Assembly (NCBI GenBank): GCA_947626435.1
Contig: CANQSB010000007.1
Location: forward strand, 14,243 to 78,242
Source of the DNA: an uncultured Lachnospiraceae bacterium
GTDB taxonomy: Bacteria > Bacillota > Clostridia > Lachnospirales > Lachnospiraceae
Direction: 5' to 3'
Length of the DNA: 64,000 bases
A model generated the notes under the pieces. The model was not told the origin of the DNA and did no database searches. It worked only from the letters and a program-made list of their open reading frames with translations. Both the position numbers and the translations under genes were made by a program. Position 1 is the stretch's first letter; each line of letters starts with the position of its first letter. Positions 26,812-37,417 of this stretch are shown one piece after another.

Positions 26812-29304
26812 ATGAAGAAACCGAAATTACTTAAAACAAAGGCTAACAGGCTGTATATTTTTTCTTTTCTGATGCCTGTCGCCATTATGCTTGTTATTTT
26901 TTATATTCGTGACATCTATCCGTTTGGGGCGGGCGACCGCTCTTTTCTCCATATTGACATGTACCACCAGTATTTTCCGTTTTTAGTGGAGTTTTATCAT
27001 AAGCTGCGCGGCGGCGAAAGTCTTTTTTATTCTTGGAATACGGGGATTGGCTCAAACTTTTACGCGCTGTACGCGTATTACCTCGCAAGTCCTTTCAACT
27101 GGCTGTGCGTGCTTTTCCCCGAGGGGCTCCTTATGGAATTTCTTACTTACCTTATGGTTATCAAAATAGGTCTTTGCGGTATGAGTTTCACACATTATAT
27201 AAGGAAACATTTTCATACCGACAGCTTAAATATACTTTTATTTTCACTGTTTTATTCGCTTTCCGGCTTTATGGCAGCCTATAACTGGGATGTCATGTGG
27301 CTTGATGTCGTAGCTCTTGCCCCTGTCGTAATACTTGGACTTGAAAAACTTGTATATGAGGGAAACGGCAGGTTTTATTGCGCCGCGCTCGCGCTTTCAA
27401 TCATATCCAATTACTATCTTTCGATAATGCTTTGTATATTTTTAGTGCTTTATTTCATCGTGCTGTTGATAGGAAAAGGGGGTTGTTCGCCGCGCTTTTA
27501 TATGAGCGCCGCCGTAAGGTTTGGCGTCTATTCTCTGCTGGCGGGAGGCATGGCGGCAGTCCTTTTACTGCCTGAGATTGCCGCGCTCCAGTATACTGAG
27601 TTTAGTGAAATCAACTTCCCTGACACCATAAAGACATATTTTTCGGTCATTGACATGCTTGCGCGCCACCTTTTTAATGTCGGCGTTGAAACAGGGCTTG
27701 ACCACTTCCCCAATGTTTACTGCGGCGCAGCCGTATTCTTACTGCTGCCGTTATATATAATACAAAAAAACATCCCGCTGCGTGAAAAAGTGCCCAAGCT
27801 TATTTTGCTTGCCTTTATGCTTATAAGCTGCTCGGTCAATCTGCTGAATTTTTTGTGGCATGGATTGAATTACCCCGATTCGCTTCCTGCAAGGCATTCG
27901 TTTCTTTATATTTTCCTGCTGCTCACACTCTGCTATGAGGCTTTCCTCCATATACACGAGCACTCAAACAGTGAACTGCTGCTGTTGCTTATGGGCGCCG
28001 TTTTCTTCGTCATGCTCTGCGAAAAACTCATAACGGACGACGCATTTTCTTATTCAAGCTTTATCGTGACAGGAATACTTATACTGGTTTACGCAGGCTG
28101 CATTCACTCATACAGAACGCAGAATAACCACAAAGTGGCAGACAGGCTCGCCGTTATCGCATTTGCGGCAGTCATAGCGGAGGCAGGCATTAATACTTAC
28201 CTTACAAGCTGTCCTACCGTTTCGAGAGATACTTACCTGTCAAACCATGATTCGTATAAAATCCTTACAAGCCGAACTGTCGACAATGAAAAACCGAATT
28301 TTTTCAGATTTGAGAAGTTTGCGCGCAGGACGCAGAATGACGCCATGCTCATCGGATTTCAGGGAGGCTCGTATTTTTCTTCTACTCTCAACTCCCATGT
28401 AGCCGACTTTTATGAAAAATACGGAATGCGCGCAAGCCGTGTAAATTATTGCTACGACGGCGCTACGCCTGTCACTGCCGCCATTCTTTCCAACAAATAC
28501 ATGCTCTACACGCTTGACCGAGGATATGACAGCTTATTTCGACTTGCCGACACCGAGGGGAAGCTTTATCTTTATGAAAATAATTATTCCGTGCCGTTTG
28601 GCTTTGTCATTCCTGACACTTATGTCACAAATGACTATGATGATTCCCAAAATCCCGTGCAGCGCCAAAACAGACTGGTAAACAGGCTTGGCATTGACGG
28701 CGAGGTGTTTATGCCTGTCGACATCGATTCATACGGTGATATAGCCGACCTGTACGCACCTTTGTCGGCACATTATTACGCATATACCGACAACACAAAA
28801 ATCGAAGAAATAAACGCGGAATATGAGGACGGCTCAAAGACCTTTTCCAATGTCAATAAGAAATATATTCTTGACTTAGGGTATCTTGATGAGGAGGAAC
28901 TGCTCACTCTTGAGTCGGACAACGGCGAATCCCTCAATTTGGACGCGTATTCCGTTGACGAGGATGTGCTTAATGAATATATAACCTTGCTAAGACAGCA
29001 GACCATGACTGTCGACTCTTACGACGAGACAAGCATATCAGGCTCGATAACGGTTGACAAAGCGGGAATGCTCGTGTTGTCCGTACCTTATGAGAAAGGC
29101 TGGACTCTTAAAGTTGACGGTACTGACACTGATGCCGAATTGTTTGAAAATACATTTATAAGCGTAAGGCTTTCTGAGGGCACGCACGCGATATCGCTCT
29201 CCTATTATCCTGAAAGCTTCAATACCGGCGTAGCTGTATCAGCGCTGTGCGTAATGATATATCTTGGGCTGTGCTGGCACGACAAAAAGAGAGCCGTCCA
29301 ATAA
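26812..29304 (+). CDS. yfhO: YfhO-family membrane protein (glycosyl transfer to teichoic-acid-type polymers)
   Basis: 830 aa, polytopic, with a characteristic N-terminus (FLHIDMYHQYFPF...WNTGIGSNF). Confidence 0.85.
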   Translation: MKKPKLLKTKANRLYIFSFLMPVAIMLVIFYIRDIYPFGAGDRSFLHIDMYHQYFPFLVEFYHKLRGGESLFYSWNTGIGSNFYALYAYYLASPFNWLCVLFPEGLLMEFLTYLMVIKIGLCGMSFTHYIRKHFHTDSLNILLFSLFYSLSGFMAAYNWDVMWLDVVALAPVVILGLEKLVYEGNGRFYCAALALSIISNYYLSIMLCIFLVLYFIVLLIGKGGCSPRFYMSAAVRFGVYSLLAGGMAAVLLLPEIAALQYTEFSEINFPDTIKTYFSVIDMLARHLFNVGVETGLDHFPNVYCGAAVFLLLPLYIIQKNIPLREKVPKLILLAFMLISCSVNLLNFLWHGLNYPDSLPARHSFLYIFLLLTLCYEAFLHIHEHSNSELLLLLMGAVFFVMLCEKLITDDAFSYSSFIVTGILILVYAGCIHSYRTQNNHKVADRLAVIAFAAVIAEAGINTYLTSCPTVSRDTYLSNHDSYKILTSRTVDNEKPNFFRFEKFARRTQNDAMLIGFQGGSYFSSTLNSHVADFYEKYGMRASRVNYCYDGATPVTAAILSNKYMLYTLDRGYDSLFRLADTEGKLYLYENNYSVPFGFVIPDTYVTNDYDDSQNPVQRQNRLVNRLGIDGEVFMPVDIDSYGDIADLYAPLSAHYYAYTDNTKIEEINAEYEDGSKTFSNVNKKYILDLGYLDEEELLTLESDNGESLNLDAYSVDEDVLNEYITLLRQQTMTVDSYDETSISGSITVDKAGMLVLSVPYEKGWTLKVDGTDTDAELFENTFISVRLSEGTHAISLSYYPESFNTGVAVSALCVMIYLGLCWHDKKRAVQ

Positions 29305-29308
29305 AGGA

Positions 29309-31048
29309 CTAGCTCTCTGCCATTTCAAGCCCTGATATGTCAGAATCAATCACGAGCGAATAGTTCGTATAATACACCACAAAGCCGGGCTTAGAGCCGT
29401 TCGGTTTCTTGACATTTTTCTTCTGCGTGTAGTCAATCTCGACCTTTTCCTGTCCTCTTGCCTGTGAGTAGTGCGCGGCAAGTCTGCCTGCCTCTTCAAA
29501 GACCCTGTCGGGAAGCTCATCGCCGTTTGTCTTTACTATGACATGCGAGCCCGCGATGCCCTTGACATGAAACCACCAATCGTTTCCAGTGGCAAACTTA
29601 AAAGTAAGCTCTTCGTTTTGGTAGTTGTTCTTTCCCACATAAATATGGTAGCCGTCACTGCTTATGTAGTGAAACGGTTTGCTTGTGATTTTCTCCCGCT
29701 TTGCGCCGCCTTTGCGCTTTATATAACCGCTCTCTATGAGCTCCTCCTTGATTTGCGCCAAATCTTCTTCCTTCAAGGCAATGTCCAGCGAATTGCTTAT
29801 GGACTCAAGATGCCCTATTTCATCGCCCGTTTCCTTCACTAGTTCCGTAAGCGCCTCATATGTGCGCTTGAGCTTCTGGTATTTCTCAAAATATTTCTTG
29901 GCGTTTTCACCGGCGGTAAGCGTAGGGTCAAGCGGAATTGTTACCATCTCATTCGTATAATAGTTTAAGGCTTCTATGGATTTTGCGTTAGGCTCGGCAC
30001 TGTAGCCGTATGTGTTTAAAAGTTCGCCGTATATCCGGTATTTTTCGCGCTTTTGGGTGTCATCGAGCTGTTTTTTCTGCAAATCATATTTTTTGATGTT
30101 TCTCTCCAAAGCCGTCTGCACTATTTTACGCAAATCGACCGAACGCTGTTTTATCCTTGTCACAGTGTTTTTTTCGGCGTAATAATACTCAAGCAGTTCT
30201 GAAATGCTCTCAAACTCCTTCGTACTGCCGCTGCCGTATGAGGTAAGCCATATCGCCGCATATTCGGCGGGCTGCTTGTTTTCATAAACGATGTTAGGGA
30301 AAAATTCCTTGTTTTTTATGTTTGACGCCAACTCACAGAGCCTGTCCGTAACAGCGTCAAGTTCACCCTCGCTAAGTTCGCTAACGGCTTTGTCCGCGTC
30401 CACCCCTGCCCTAAAGCATATTTCATTTGCTATACAGGGAGAAATACCGGTAAAGTCGCTGTATACGGCTTTATACAAAGGCATATTTTTACTTGTGAGT
30501 ATTTGCTTTATGCCCTCGGCGGGCGTGTCCGGAAGCTCTGCCTTGTCCTGCGTCTTCGGTATGAAGTATTCGCAGCCGGGAAGCACTACGCGCACAGAGC
30601 TTACCATGTTCGATATGCGCTTGATGCTGTCGATAATCATGTCCTTGTCATCGCAGAAGATAATATTGCTGTGCTTGCCCATAAGCTCTATAATAAGGTA
30701 TTTCCTGCATAAATCGCCAAGCTCATTCAAATGCTCCAGTTCAAACCGCACCGCACGCTCAAGTCCTTCCTGCGTCACCGACACGATACGCGCGTTCTGA
30801 AGGTGCTTGCGCAAGAGCATACAAAAATTGGGTGCCGTCATAGGGCTTGTCTTGTTTTTTTCAGTCAAATATATAAGCGGCAGAGAGGCGTTGGCGGACA
30901 TCACCAAACGCGTCTGTCCGCCATTGCCCTTTATCGTCACAAGCAGCTCATCCTTTTCAGGCTGGGCTATCTTGTAAACTCTGCCGCCGACAATTTTGTC
31001 CTGAAGCTCGCTGACTACCGCAGCGATTGTCACTCCATCAAATGCCAT
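29309..31048 (-). CDS. rqcH: Rqc2/RqcH (NFACT, fibronectin-binding protein A-like) ribosome quality-control protein
   Basis: MAFDGVTIAAVVSEL N-terminus, coiled-coil middle and NFACT-R C-terminus. Confidence 0.9.
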   Translation of the reverse strand: MAFDGVTIAAVVSELQDKIVGGRVYKIAQPEKDELLVTIKGNGGQTRLVMSANASLPLIYLTEKNKTSPMTAPNFCMLLRKHLQNARIVSVTQEGLERAVRFELEHLNELGDLCRKYLIIELMGKHSNIIFCDDKDMIIDSIKRISNMVSSVRVVLPGCEYFIPKTQDKAELPDTPAEGIKQILTSKNMPLYKAVYSDFTGISPCIANEICFRAGVDADKAVSELSEGELDAVTDRLCELASNIKNKEFFPNIVYENKQPAEYAAIWLTSYGSGSTKEFESISELLEYYYAEKNTVTRIKQRSVDLRKIVQTALERNIKKYDLQKKQLDDTQKREKYRIYGELLNTYGYSAEPNAKSIEALNYYTNEMVTIPLDPTLTAGENAKKYFEKYQKLKRTYEALTELVKETGDEIGHLESISNSLDIALKEEDLAQIKEELIESGYIKRKGGAKREKITSKPFHYISSDGYHIYVGKNNYQNEELTFKFATGNDWWFHVKGIAGSHVIVKTNGDELPDRVFEEAGRLAAHYSQARGQEKVEIDYTQKKNVKKPNGSKPGFVVYYTNYSLVIDSDISGLEMAES

Positions 31049-31052
31049 TTTT

Positions 31053-32501
31053 TTATCCTATCATCCAATCATACATTTCCTGATATTTGCGCGCGGATAC
31101 GCCCCATGAGTAATCTACCGCCATCGCTCTCTCCACAATCTTGTTCCAGTCGCGCTTTCTGTCATAGAATATGCGCTCCGCATACCTTATTGTCTGAAGC
31201 ATCTCATGCGCATTGTAGTTTGTGAAGCTGAAGCCTGTGCCCGTATTTTCGTACTCGTTGTAAGGAATTACTGTATCCTTTAAGCCGCCGGTCTCACGCA
31301 CGATAGGTATTGTGCCGTAGCGCAGCGACATGAGCTGGCTTAGTCCGCATGGCTCAAACAACGAAGGCATCAGGAATGTGTCACACGCAGCGTAAATTCT
31401 GTGCGAAAGCTCCTCTGAATAGTAAATGTTCGCAGAAACCTTGCCATGATATTTCCAGTCAAAATGGCGGAACATATTCTCGTATTTCTCTTCACCTGTG
31501 CCAAGCACTACAAGCTGTATGCCGTCAGTGCTGCACATTTCGTCCATAATATAGGCTACCAAGTCCATGCCTTTCTGGTCCGTAAGCCTTGACACAATGC
31601 CTATCATCATGGCCTTGTCATTTTCTTCAAGTCCAAGCTGGCGCTGCAGCTCTCTCTTATTCTTAATCTTTTCCTTGCGGAAATTCTCGGCATTGTACTT
31701 GTGTATGATAAAGTTGTCTGTCTCAGGATTGTACTCGCCGTAGTCGATACCGTTTACAATACCGCGCAAGTCGTGAGTCCTCGCAGTAAGCAGGCCGTTC
31801 AGCCTCTCGCCGTAAAAGTCCGTCTTAATCTCCTCGGCGTATGTTTCGCTTACCGTAGTGATAGCGTCCGCATAAGTAAGACCGCCCTTCAAGAGATTGC
31901 CGTCCTTGAAGTAGCCCAGCTTATCCGGCGCAAAATATGACCTGTCAAGCCCCGTAATATTCCTTACCGTATTTATGTCATAAACACCTTGGAACTTGAG
32001 ATTGTGGATTGTCATTATCGACTTAATGCCCTTATAAAAATCACCCTGCGCAAATCTTTCCTTCAAATATACAGGAATTATGCCCGTCTGCCAGTCATGG
32101 CAATGAATGATGTCAGGTCTGAAGCCTATGACCGGAAGTATTGACAGCGCTGCCTTTGAGAAAAATACGAACTTCGTAAGCTCTCCTATTACGTCATCGC
32201 TATAAGGTCTGAAGCCTCCAAACATTTTTTCGTTGTCGATGAAGTAATAAGTGGTGCCGTCATACTGCGCCTCGAAAACTCCGACATATTCATTCTGTCC
32301 CATAAAATCCATGTAGAAATTCGTCCTGTACTGCAGCAATGATTTCATATGGTCAGACATGCACATATACTTCGGCAATATGACGCGTGTGTCAAAATAC
32401 CGCTTGTCATAATATTTTGGAAGCGAGCCTACTACATCCGCAAGTCCTCCCGTCTTGATGAATGGAACTCCCTCAGAAGCCACAAATAGAATGTTTTTCA
32501 T
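31053..32501 (-). CDS. glgA: Glycogen synthase
   Basis: KTGGLADVVGSLP motif; 482 aa. Confidence 0.95.
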   Translation of the reverse strand: MKNILFVASEGVPFIKTGGLADVVGSLPKYYDKRYFDTRVILPKYMCMSDHMKSLLQYRTNFYMDFMGQNEYVGVFEAQYDGTTYYFIDNEKMFGGFRPYSDDVIGELTKFVFFSKAALSILPVIGFRPDIIHCHDWQTGIIPVYLKERFAQGDFYKGIKSIMTIHNLKFQGVYDINTVRNITGLDRSYFAPDKLGYFKDGNLLKGGLTYADAITTVSETYAEEIKTDFYGERLNGLLTARTHDLRGIVNGIDYGEYNPETDNFIIHKYNAENFRKEKIKNKRELQRQLGLEENDKAMMIGIVSRLTDQKGMDLVAYIMDEMCSTDGIQLVVLGTGEEKYENMFRHFDWKYHGKVSANIYYSEELSHRIYAACDTFLMPSLFEPCGLSQLMSLRYGTIPIVRETGGLKDTVIPYNEYENTGTGFSFTNYNAHEMLQTIRYAERIFYDRKRDWNKIVERAMAVDYSWGVSARKYQEMYDWMIG

Positions 32502-32701
32502 GCTAAATCCCTTTCCTTACTTTTATTTTTATGGAATGACTCCATTGCGTTCATAACCTATTAAATAGATTATACACCATTCCACCTTTAAATGTAAAGA
32601 ATTTCGTGATTTTCGTGTTATTATCGTGATATTATGACACTGCGGTGACACTTTATTATATAAATTGCCAGTAATTTACGCGTTTTCCATAATGCCTTGC
32701 A

Positions 32702-33268
32702 CTATGACTGCTTATAATGCAGCCTGATTTTATCGGCTATCAGAGCGATAAATTCCGAATTTGTCGGTTTTCCTTTTCCGATATTTATGGTGTATCCGAA
32801 AAACGCGTCAAGCGTTTCCATCTTGCCTCTGCTCCACGCAACCTCTATCGCGTGTCTTATCGCGCGCTCGACGCGGCTCGGCGTAGTCTGATATTTCTTA
32901 GCAATCGACGGATATAGGATTTTTGTGATTGAATTCAGCATTTCCACATCCTCTACGGACATCATAATAGCTTCCCGCAAATACTGGTAGCCTTTGATAT
33001 GTGCCGGCACGCCTATCTCATGTATCATATCCGTCACATCCTTTTCAAGGTCGTAGTGCGTCCGCTCCACCTTATTTTCCGTTTTGGCTCCCAGCCTGCC
33101 GCCAATCAGCGTATTTCCCTGTCCCGCACCCGCAGCGCCGCCCGAAAGCTTCGTACCCGCAGGCACCGTAATCATAATCTGAAACTCCTTATTTTTGTTC
33201 AGCAGATCATTCAGTATTCCAAAAATTCTTTCATTGTCCTGTGTCGTCATTAAATTTAATTGTTCCAT
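32702..33268 (-). CDS. Spo0A C-terminal (DNA-binding) domain protein lacking a receiver domain
   Basis: 188 aa from the ATG at 33268 (RBS GGAGG). [21 protein letters not shown]...[18 protein letters not shown]...[17 protein letters not shown] is the Spo0A_C signature. The about 70 N-terminal residues show no response-regulator motifs. Confidence 0.8.
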   Translation of the reverse strand: MEQLNLMTTQDNERIFGILNDLLNKNKEFQIMITVPAGTKLSGGAAGAGQGNTLIGGRLGAKTENKVERTHYDLEKDVTDMIHEIGVPAHIKGYQYLREAIMMSVEDVEMLNSITKILYPSIAKKYQTTPSRVERAIRHAIEVAWSRGKMETLDAFFGYTINIGKGKPTNSEFIALIADKIRLHYKQS

Positions 33269-33569
33269 ACTTACCTCCGATAAATTTACAAAATGTAGCA
33301 CCTTTTGGCAAGGATAATTATATAAGATTGTCAATTTATCTTGCAACCGTTACTTATCGCATAATTTTCGCGATTAATACGCCTTTAGCGCATAAACGGC
33401 AAAAAGCAAGTAAATTCGATAGGGGATGCGGTTTTTTATAGTCGAAAATACAAGAAAATTTATTGGTAAAATTTGCGCGATTTTATGCCTTTTTATTGAA
33501 TTTACGCGATGAATTCCGGTTTTATCCGCAGACTTCCGCAAAAATCGCGTAAAAATTTTGGTTTTTCTA

Positions 33570-33598
33570 TTGACTTTTGGGCGGATAACTAGTATAGT
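33570..33598 (+). promoter_or_regulatory. Promoter of the tRNA pair
   Basis: TTGACT, 17 nt, TATAGT, about 45 nt upstream of tRNA-Val. Confidence 0.55.
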
Positions 33599-33644
33599 GT
33601 AATAGTCGGCTGCAGCGGTTGATATCGCTTTGGCGGACGGATGT

Positions 33645-33717
33645 GGGGTCTTAGCTCAGCTGGGAGAGCATCTGCCTTACAAGCAGAGGGTCACAGGTTC
33701 GAGCCCTGTAGGCCCCA
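33645..33717 (+). tRNA. tRNA-Val (anticodon TAC)
   Basis: Manual cloverleaf: acceptor GGGGTCT/AGGCCCC, anticodon loop CTTACAA, T-loop TTCGAGC. No encoded CCA. Confidence 0.9.
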
Positions 33718-33800
33718 TTTTCTTATCATAGTTGATTCGATTTATCATTTTGGTTGAAATATAGCTGTGATGGGAAGACATATGGTAAACAATCAAATAT

Positions 33801-33874
33801 GGCGAGATAGCTCAGTTGGCTAGAGCATGCGGTTCATACCCGCAGTGTCGAGGGTTCAAATCCCCCTCTCGCTA
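33801..33874 (+). tRNA. tRNA-Met (anticodon CAT), elongator-like
   Basis: Manual cloverleaf: anticodon stem TGCGG/CCGCA, loop TTCATAC. It lacks the initiator 3xGC anticodon stem. A lysidine-modified Ile2 identity is not excluded. Confidence 0.8.
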
Positions 33875-33884
33875 CTTATTTAAA

Positions 33885-33929
33885 ATAGGCGAAAACTTGT
33901 ATTTTCAAGGTTTTCGCCTATTTATTTTG
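33885..33929 (+). terminator. Intrinsic terminator after the tRNAs
   Basis: 12-bp stem ataggcgaaaac / gttttcgcctat followed by TTATTTT. Confidence 0.7.
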
Positions 33930-33939
33930 AGCTGTCACG

Positions 33940-33991
33940 CTAAAAATACAAGCTATAGTATCATGTCCGAATCAGACGATACTATAGCTTG
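33940..33991 (-). terminator. Intrinsic terminator of pnp
   Basis: 14-bp perfect stem caagctatagtatc / gatactatagcttg followed by a U-run (tgtattttt) on the minus strand. Confidence 0.7.
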
Positions 33992-34035
33992 TATTTTATT
34001 CCTTAGTGCGGCAGTTCTCTGCTCTATTTTTAACT

Positions 34036-36162
34036 TTATACCTGAGCGACATCCTTCATAGAGAAGCTTATCCTGCCCATCTTATCCTTGCCAAGGCATA
34101 CTACCGTAACCATATCGCCAAGCGTAAGCACATCCTCTACCCTGTTGATTCTCTCGCGCGCAATCTTTGAGATGTGAACCAGCCCCTCTTTGCCGGGCGC
34201 AAATTCGATAAAGGCGCCAAACTCTTTGATGCTCACTACCTTGCCCTTGAAAATCTGTCCTTCCTCAAAGTCTGTGGTGATAATCTTTATCATCTCGCTT
34301 GCCTTGTCCATCATAGCCTTGTCTGTACCGCAGATGCTTACAAAGCCATCATCACTAATATCAATCTTGACTCCCGTCTGGTCAATAATAGCGTTGATAG
34401 TCTTTCCTCTCTGTCCTACCACATCGCCAATCTTTTCAGGATTAATCTGAAGCTGTATAATCTTGGGCGCATACTCGCCAACCGTAGGTCTAGGCGCTGA
34501 AATACATGGAAGCATAATCTCATTTAAGATGTACATTCTCGCATCCCTTGTTTTTGCGATAGCTTCCTCAACTATAGGCCTTGTAAGACCATGAATCTTG
34601 ATATCCATCTGGATAGCCGTAATACCGTCCCTGGTACCCGCTACCTTGAAATCCATATCGCCAAAGAAATCTTCAAGCCCTTGAATATCAGTCAGCACGA
34701 TGTAATCATCATCCGTCTCACCTGTAACAAGACCGCAGGAAATGCCTGCCACCGGCTTCTTGATAGGCACGCCAGCTGCCATAAGTGACATTGTTGAAGC
34801 GCATATCGAACCCTGCGATGTAGAGCCGTTTGATTCAAAAGTCTCTGACACTGTACGGATAGCGTAAGGAAACTCCTCCTCTGTAGGAAGCACAGGCACG
34901 AGAGCCCTTTCCGCAAGCGCGCCATGTCCAATCTCGCGGCGTCCCGGTCCTCTTGACGGCTTCGTTTCCCCTACTGAATATGACGGGAAATTGTAATGGT
35001 GCATATATCTCTTTGATGTCTCGTTTTCGTCAAGACCGTCAATCTTCTGCATCTCTGAGAGAGGCGCTAATGTAGTGACAGTGCAAATCTGCGTCTGTCC
35101 GCGCGTAAACATGGCTGAACCATGTACTCTGGGTATGACATCCACCTCCGCCGCAAGCGGACGAATCTGCGTTATCGCACGCCCGTCAGGACGCTTGTGA
35201 TCTTTCAGAATCATCTTGCGCACCGTCTTTTTCTGGTACTGGTAAACTGCCTCGCCAAGTATAGCGAGCCACTCCTCGTTGTCCGCAAACGCTTCCTCAA
35301 GGCGCTCTGTGATTTTCTTGATATTTTCTTCCCTTACCTGCTTTTCATCGGTAAATACAGCCGTCTCCATCTCCTCGGGTGGAACTATCTCCTTCATCTT
35401 AGCAAACATTTCCTCCGGAACGGCGCAGCTCATATACTCATGCTTCGGCTTGCCGACTTCAGCGACAATCTTGTTGATAAACGCAATTATAGTCTGATTG
35501 ACTTCATGACATTTGTAAATCGCCTCTATCATCTTGTCCTCGGGAACCTCATTCGCCCCAGCCTCTATCATGATAACTTTTTGGCTTGTAGAGGCAACTG
35601 TAAGCTGCAAATCGCCGTTTTTCCACTGCTCCTGATTCGGATTGAGTATAAACTCACCGTCAACCAGACCCATCTGTGTGGTAGCGCATGGACCGTCAAA
35701 CGGAATATCCGAAATAGATGTAACAATAGCCGAGCCAATCATAGCCACAAGCTCAGGACGGCACTCGGGGTCAACGCTCATTACCATATTGTTTAATGTA
35801 ACATCATTTCTGTAATCCTTCGGAAACAGAGGGCGCATAGGCCTGTCGATAACGCGGCTTGTAAGAATGGCGTTCTCGCTTGCCTTGCCTTCACGTTTAT
35901 TAAATCCACCGGGGATTTTTCCTACGGCGTACAGCTTCTCCTCATATTCTACGGAAAGAGGGAAGAAATCTATGCCGTCTCTTGGCTTGTCCGATGCCGT
36001 AGCTGTACAAAGAACCGTCGTGTCTCCGTAATGCATAAGCGCCGCGCCGTTTGCCTGCGCCGCAACTCTGCCTATGTCTACGGTAAGGGTATGTCCCGCA
36101 AGCTCAAGACTGTATGCCTTATAGGACTTGTCTTTCTTTTCACTGAATGTAATGTAATCCAT
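34036..36162 (-). CDS. pnp: Polyribonucleotide nucleotidyltransferase (PNPase)
   Basis: 708 aa with two RNase PH domains, KH and S1. Confidence 0.97.
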   Translation of the reverse strand: MDYITFSEKKDKSYKAYSLELAGHTLTVDIGRVAAQANGAALMHYGDTTVLCTATASDKPRDGIDFFPLSVEYEEKLYAVGKIPGGFNKREGKASENAILTSRVIDRPMRPLFPKDYRNDVTLNNMVMSVDPECRPELVAMIGSAIVTSISDIPFDGPCATTQMGLVDGEFILNPNQEQWKNGDLQLTVASTSQKVIMIEAGANEVPEDKMIEAIYKCHEVNQTIIAFINKIVAEVGKPKHEYMSCAVPEEMFAKMKEIVPPEEMETAVFTDEKQVREENIKKITERLEEAFADNEEWLAILGEAVYQYQKKTVRKMILKDHKRPDGRAITQIRPLAAEVDVIPRVHGSAMFTRGQTQICTVTTLAPLSEMQKIDGLDENETSKRYMHHYNFPSYSVGETKPSRGPGRREIGHGALAERALVPVLPTEEEFPYAIRTVSETFESNGSTSQGSICASTMSLMAAGVPIKKPVAGISCGLVTGETDDDYIVLTDIQGLEDFFGDMDFKVAGTRDGITAIQMDIKIHGLTRPIVEEAIAKTRDARMYILNEIMLPCISAPRPTVGEYAPKIIQLQINPEKIGDVVGQRGKTINAIIDQTGVKIDISDDGFVSICGTDKAMMDKASEMIKIITTDFEEGQIFKGKVVSIKEFGAFIEFAPGKEGLVHISKIARERINRVEDVLTLGDMVTVVCLGKDKMGRISFSMKDVAQV

Positions 36163-36235
36163 ACCTGCTAATCTCCTTTTCTCACTTAAATCTTCTGTCT
36201 TTATTGCACAAAACCATTTTAACGCTTAAATGATA

Positions 36236-36262
36236 CTAAAAGGGCGGAATAACCCGCCCCTT
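36236..36262 (-). terminator. rpsO terminator / pnp leader hairpin
   Basis: GC stem gggcgg / ccgccc followed by UUUU on the minus strand, between rpsO and pnp. Confidence 0.6.
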
Positions 36263-36282
36263 AAAAGTCAAAGTAATCCTGA

Positions 36283-36549
36283 TTACTTTCTGATGCCAAG
36301 CTTTTCAATCAGAGTACGGTATCTCTCGATGTCTTTTCTCTTTAAATAATCAAGCAAACCACGTCTCTGACCTACCATCTTCAAAAGACCACGCCTTGAA
36401 TGATAGTCCTTTGCGTTCTTCTGTAAATGCTCATTGAGCTCCTGTATTCTCGCTGTGAGAACAGCTATCTGAACCTCTGGTGAGCCTGTGTCGCCAGGTG
36501 TCCTGGCATACTCGTTCATAATTGCCTGCTTCTTTTCCTTAGATATCAT
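36283..36549 (-). CDS. rpsO: 30S ribosomal protein S15
   Basis: 88 aa with [14 protein letters not shown]...[14 protein letters not shown]. Confidence 0.95.
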   Translation of the reverse strand: MISKEKKQAIMNEYARTPGDTGSPEVQIAVLTARIQELNEHLQKNAKDYHSRRGLLKMVGQRRGLLDYLKRKDIERYRTLIEKLGIRK

Positions 36550-36684
36550 TTTTTAATCCTCCATTATTATATTAACCGCCATGCGCTAAGTCCGGGCCGG
36601 AGCGTCCCTGTACCGGGCGCAGGCTGTAGTCAGTGTGGTTTCAACACACTGACATAGTATATCACATCTATTTCCTATATGCAA
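36550..36684 (-). promoter_or_regulatory. rpsO promoter and structured GC-rich leader (possible S15 autoregulatory element)
   Basis: TTGCAT (36679-36684), 17 nt, TATACT (36656-36661). The ~100-nt UTR has a perfect 9-bp hairpin (36629-36653) and a GC-rich segment before the RBS. Confidence 0.4.
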
Positions 36685-36766
36685 GACAAAATTTTTTGAC
36701 TTTTCCTAACTTTTCCTAAAAAATTTTTAAAATTTTTATCAACAGCATTTCCATCAAAAAATGTCT

Positions 36767-37375
36767 TTAGTACACGCTCACCTCGCAGGCGTTCTTCTTC
36801 ATACCCGCCTGATTAAAGCAGACTATGTTTTTATTCGTCCCTGCTGTCTCGCGTCCCATTGGAATATCATCGTAATCGCCGCAATGCAATATCGGTACTG
36901 ATATGTCCTCTTGAGCGAGCGTTGCCTGGACGTCTATTACTCTTTGATTACTACTGCCTTTCCACAAAAGGTTGTTGTCTTTTTTGTCCTGTACAAATTC
37001 GCCGTCAACGAGTATGTCTACATATTGCAAGAGTGGATAGCGCATTATTCTCTCCCAGCTATCGCCTGTATAGAGCCATATGTTTTTATTGGGGTATTTT
37101 TCTTTTATTTCTTTCATAAGTGCCTTAACGCCGTCACGGTTGGCGCTGTGCAGCGGGTCGCCGCCTGAAAATGTTATGCCTTCGATATACGGCTTATCAA
37201 GCTGTTCAAAAATCTCGGCTTTTGCTTTATCGTCAAATTCAAGTCCGCCGTCAGGGTCCCAAGTCATTGGATTTTGGCAGCCTTTGCAGCAATGCGAGCA
37301 GCCGGCTACCCACAATACCACGCGAAGACCGTCGCCGTTAAGCATATCATCTTTGGTTATGTTGTGATATCTCAT
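36767..37375 (-). CDS. nrdG: Anaerobic ribonucleoside-triphosphate reductase activating protein
   Basis: Radical SAM cluster motif within GCSHCCKGCQN; located downstream of nrdD. Confidence 0.9.
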   Translation of the reverse strand: MRYHNITKDDMLNGDGLRVVLWVAGCSHCCKGCQNPMTWDPDGGLEFDDKAKAEIFEQLDKPYIEGITFSGGDPLHSANRDGVKALMKEIKEKYPNKNIWLYTGDSWERIMRYPLLQYVDILVDGEFVQDKKDNNLLWKGSSNQRVIDVQATLAQEDISVPILHCGDYDDIPMGRETAGTNKNIVCFNQAGMKKNACEVSVY

Positions 37376-37417
37376 AATTAAAACTCATTCCTTTTATTTT
37401 TTATATAGACATTTAAT

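Noticed and set aside
33350-33560. Cluster of cgcga/tcgcg-containing short motifs and a 0A-box-like site upstream of the Spo0A-domain gene
   Set aside because: The motifs are short, degenerate and AT-context dependent. I could not define a consistent repeat unit, so I mention them only as weak context under the Spo0A finding.
33816-34061. 81-aa ORF after the tRNA region
   Set aside because: It starts inside tRNA-Met and runs through two terminator hairpins.
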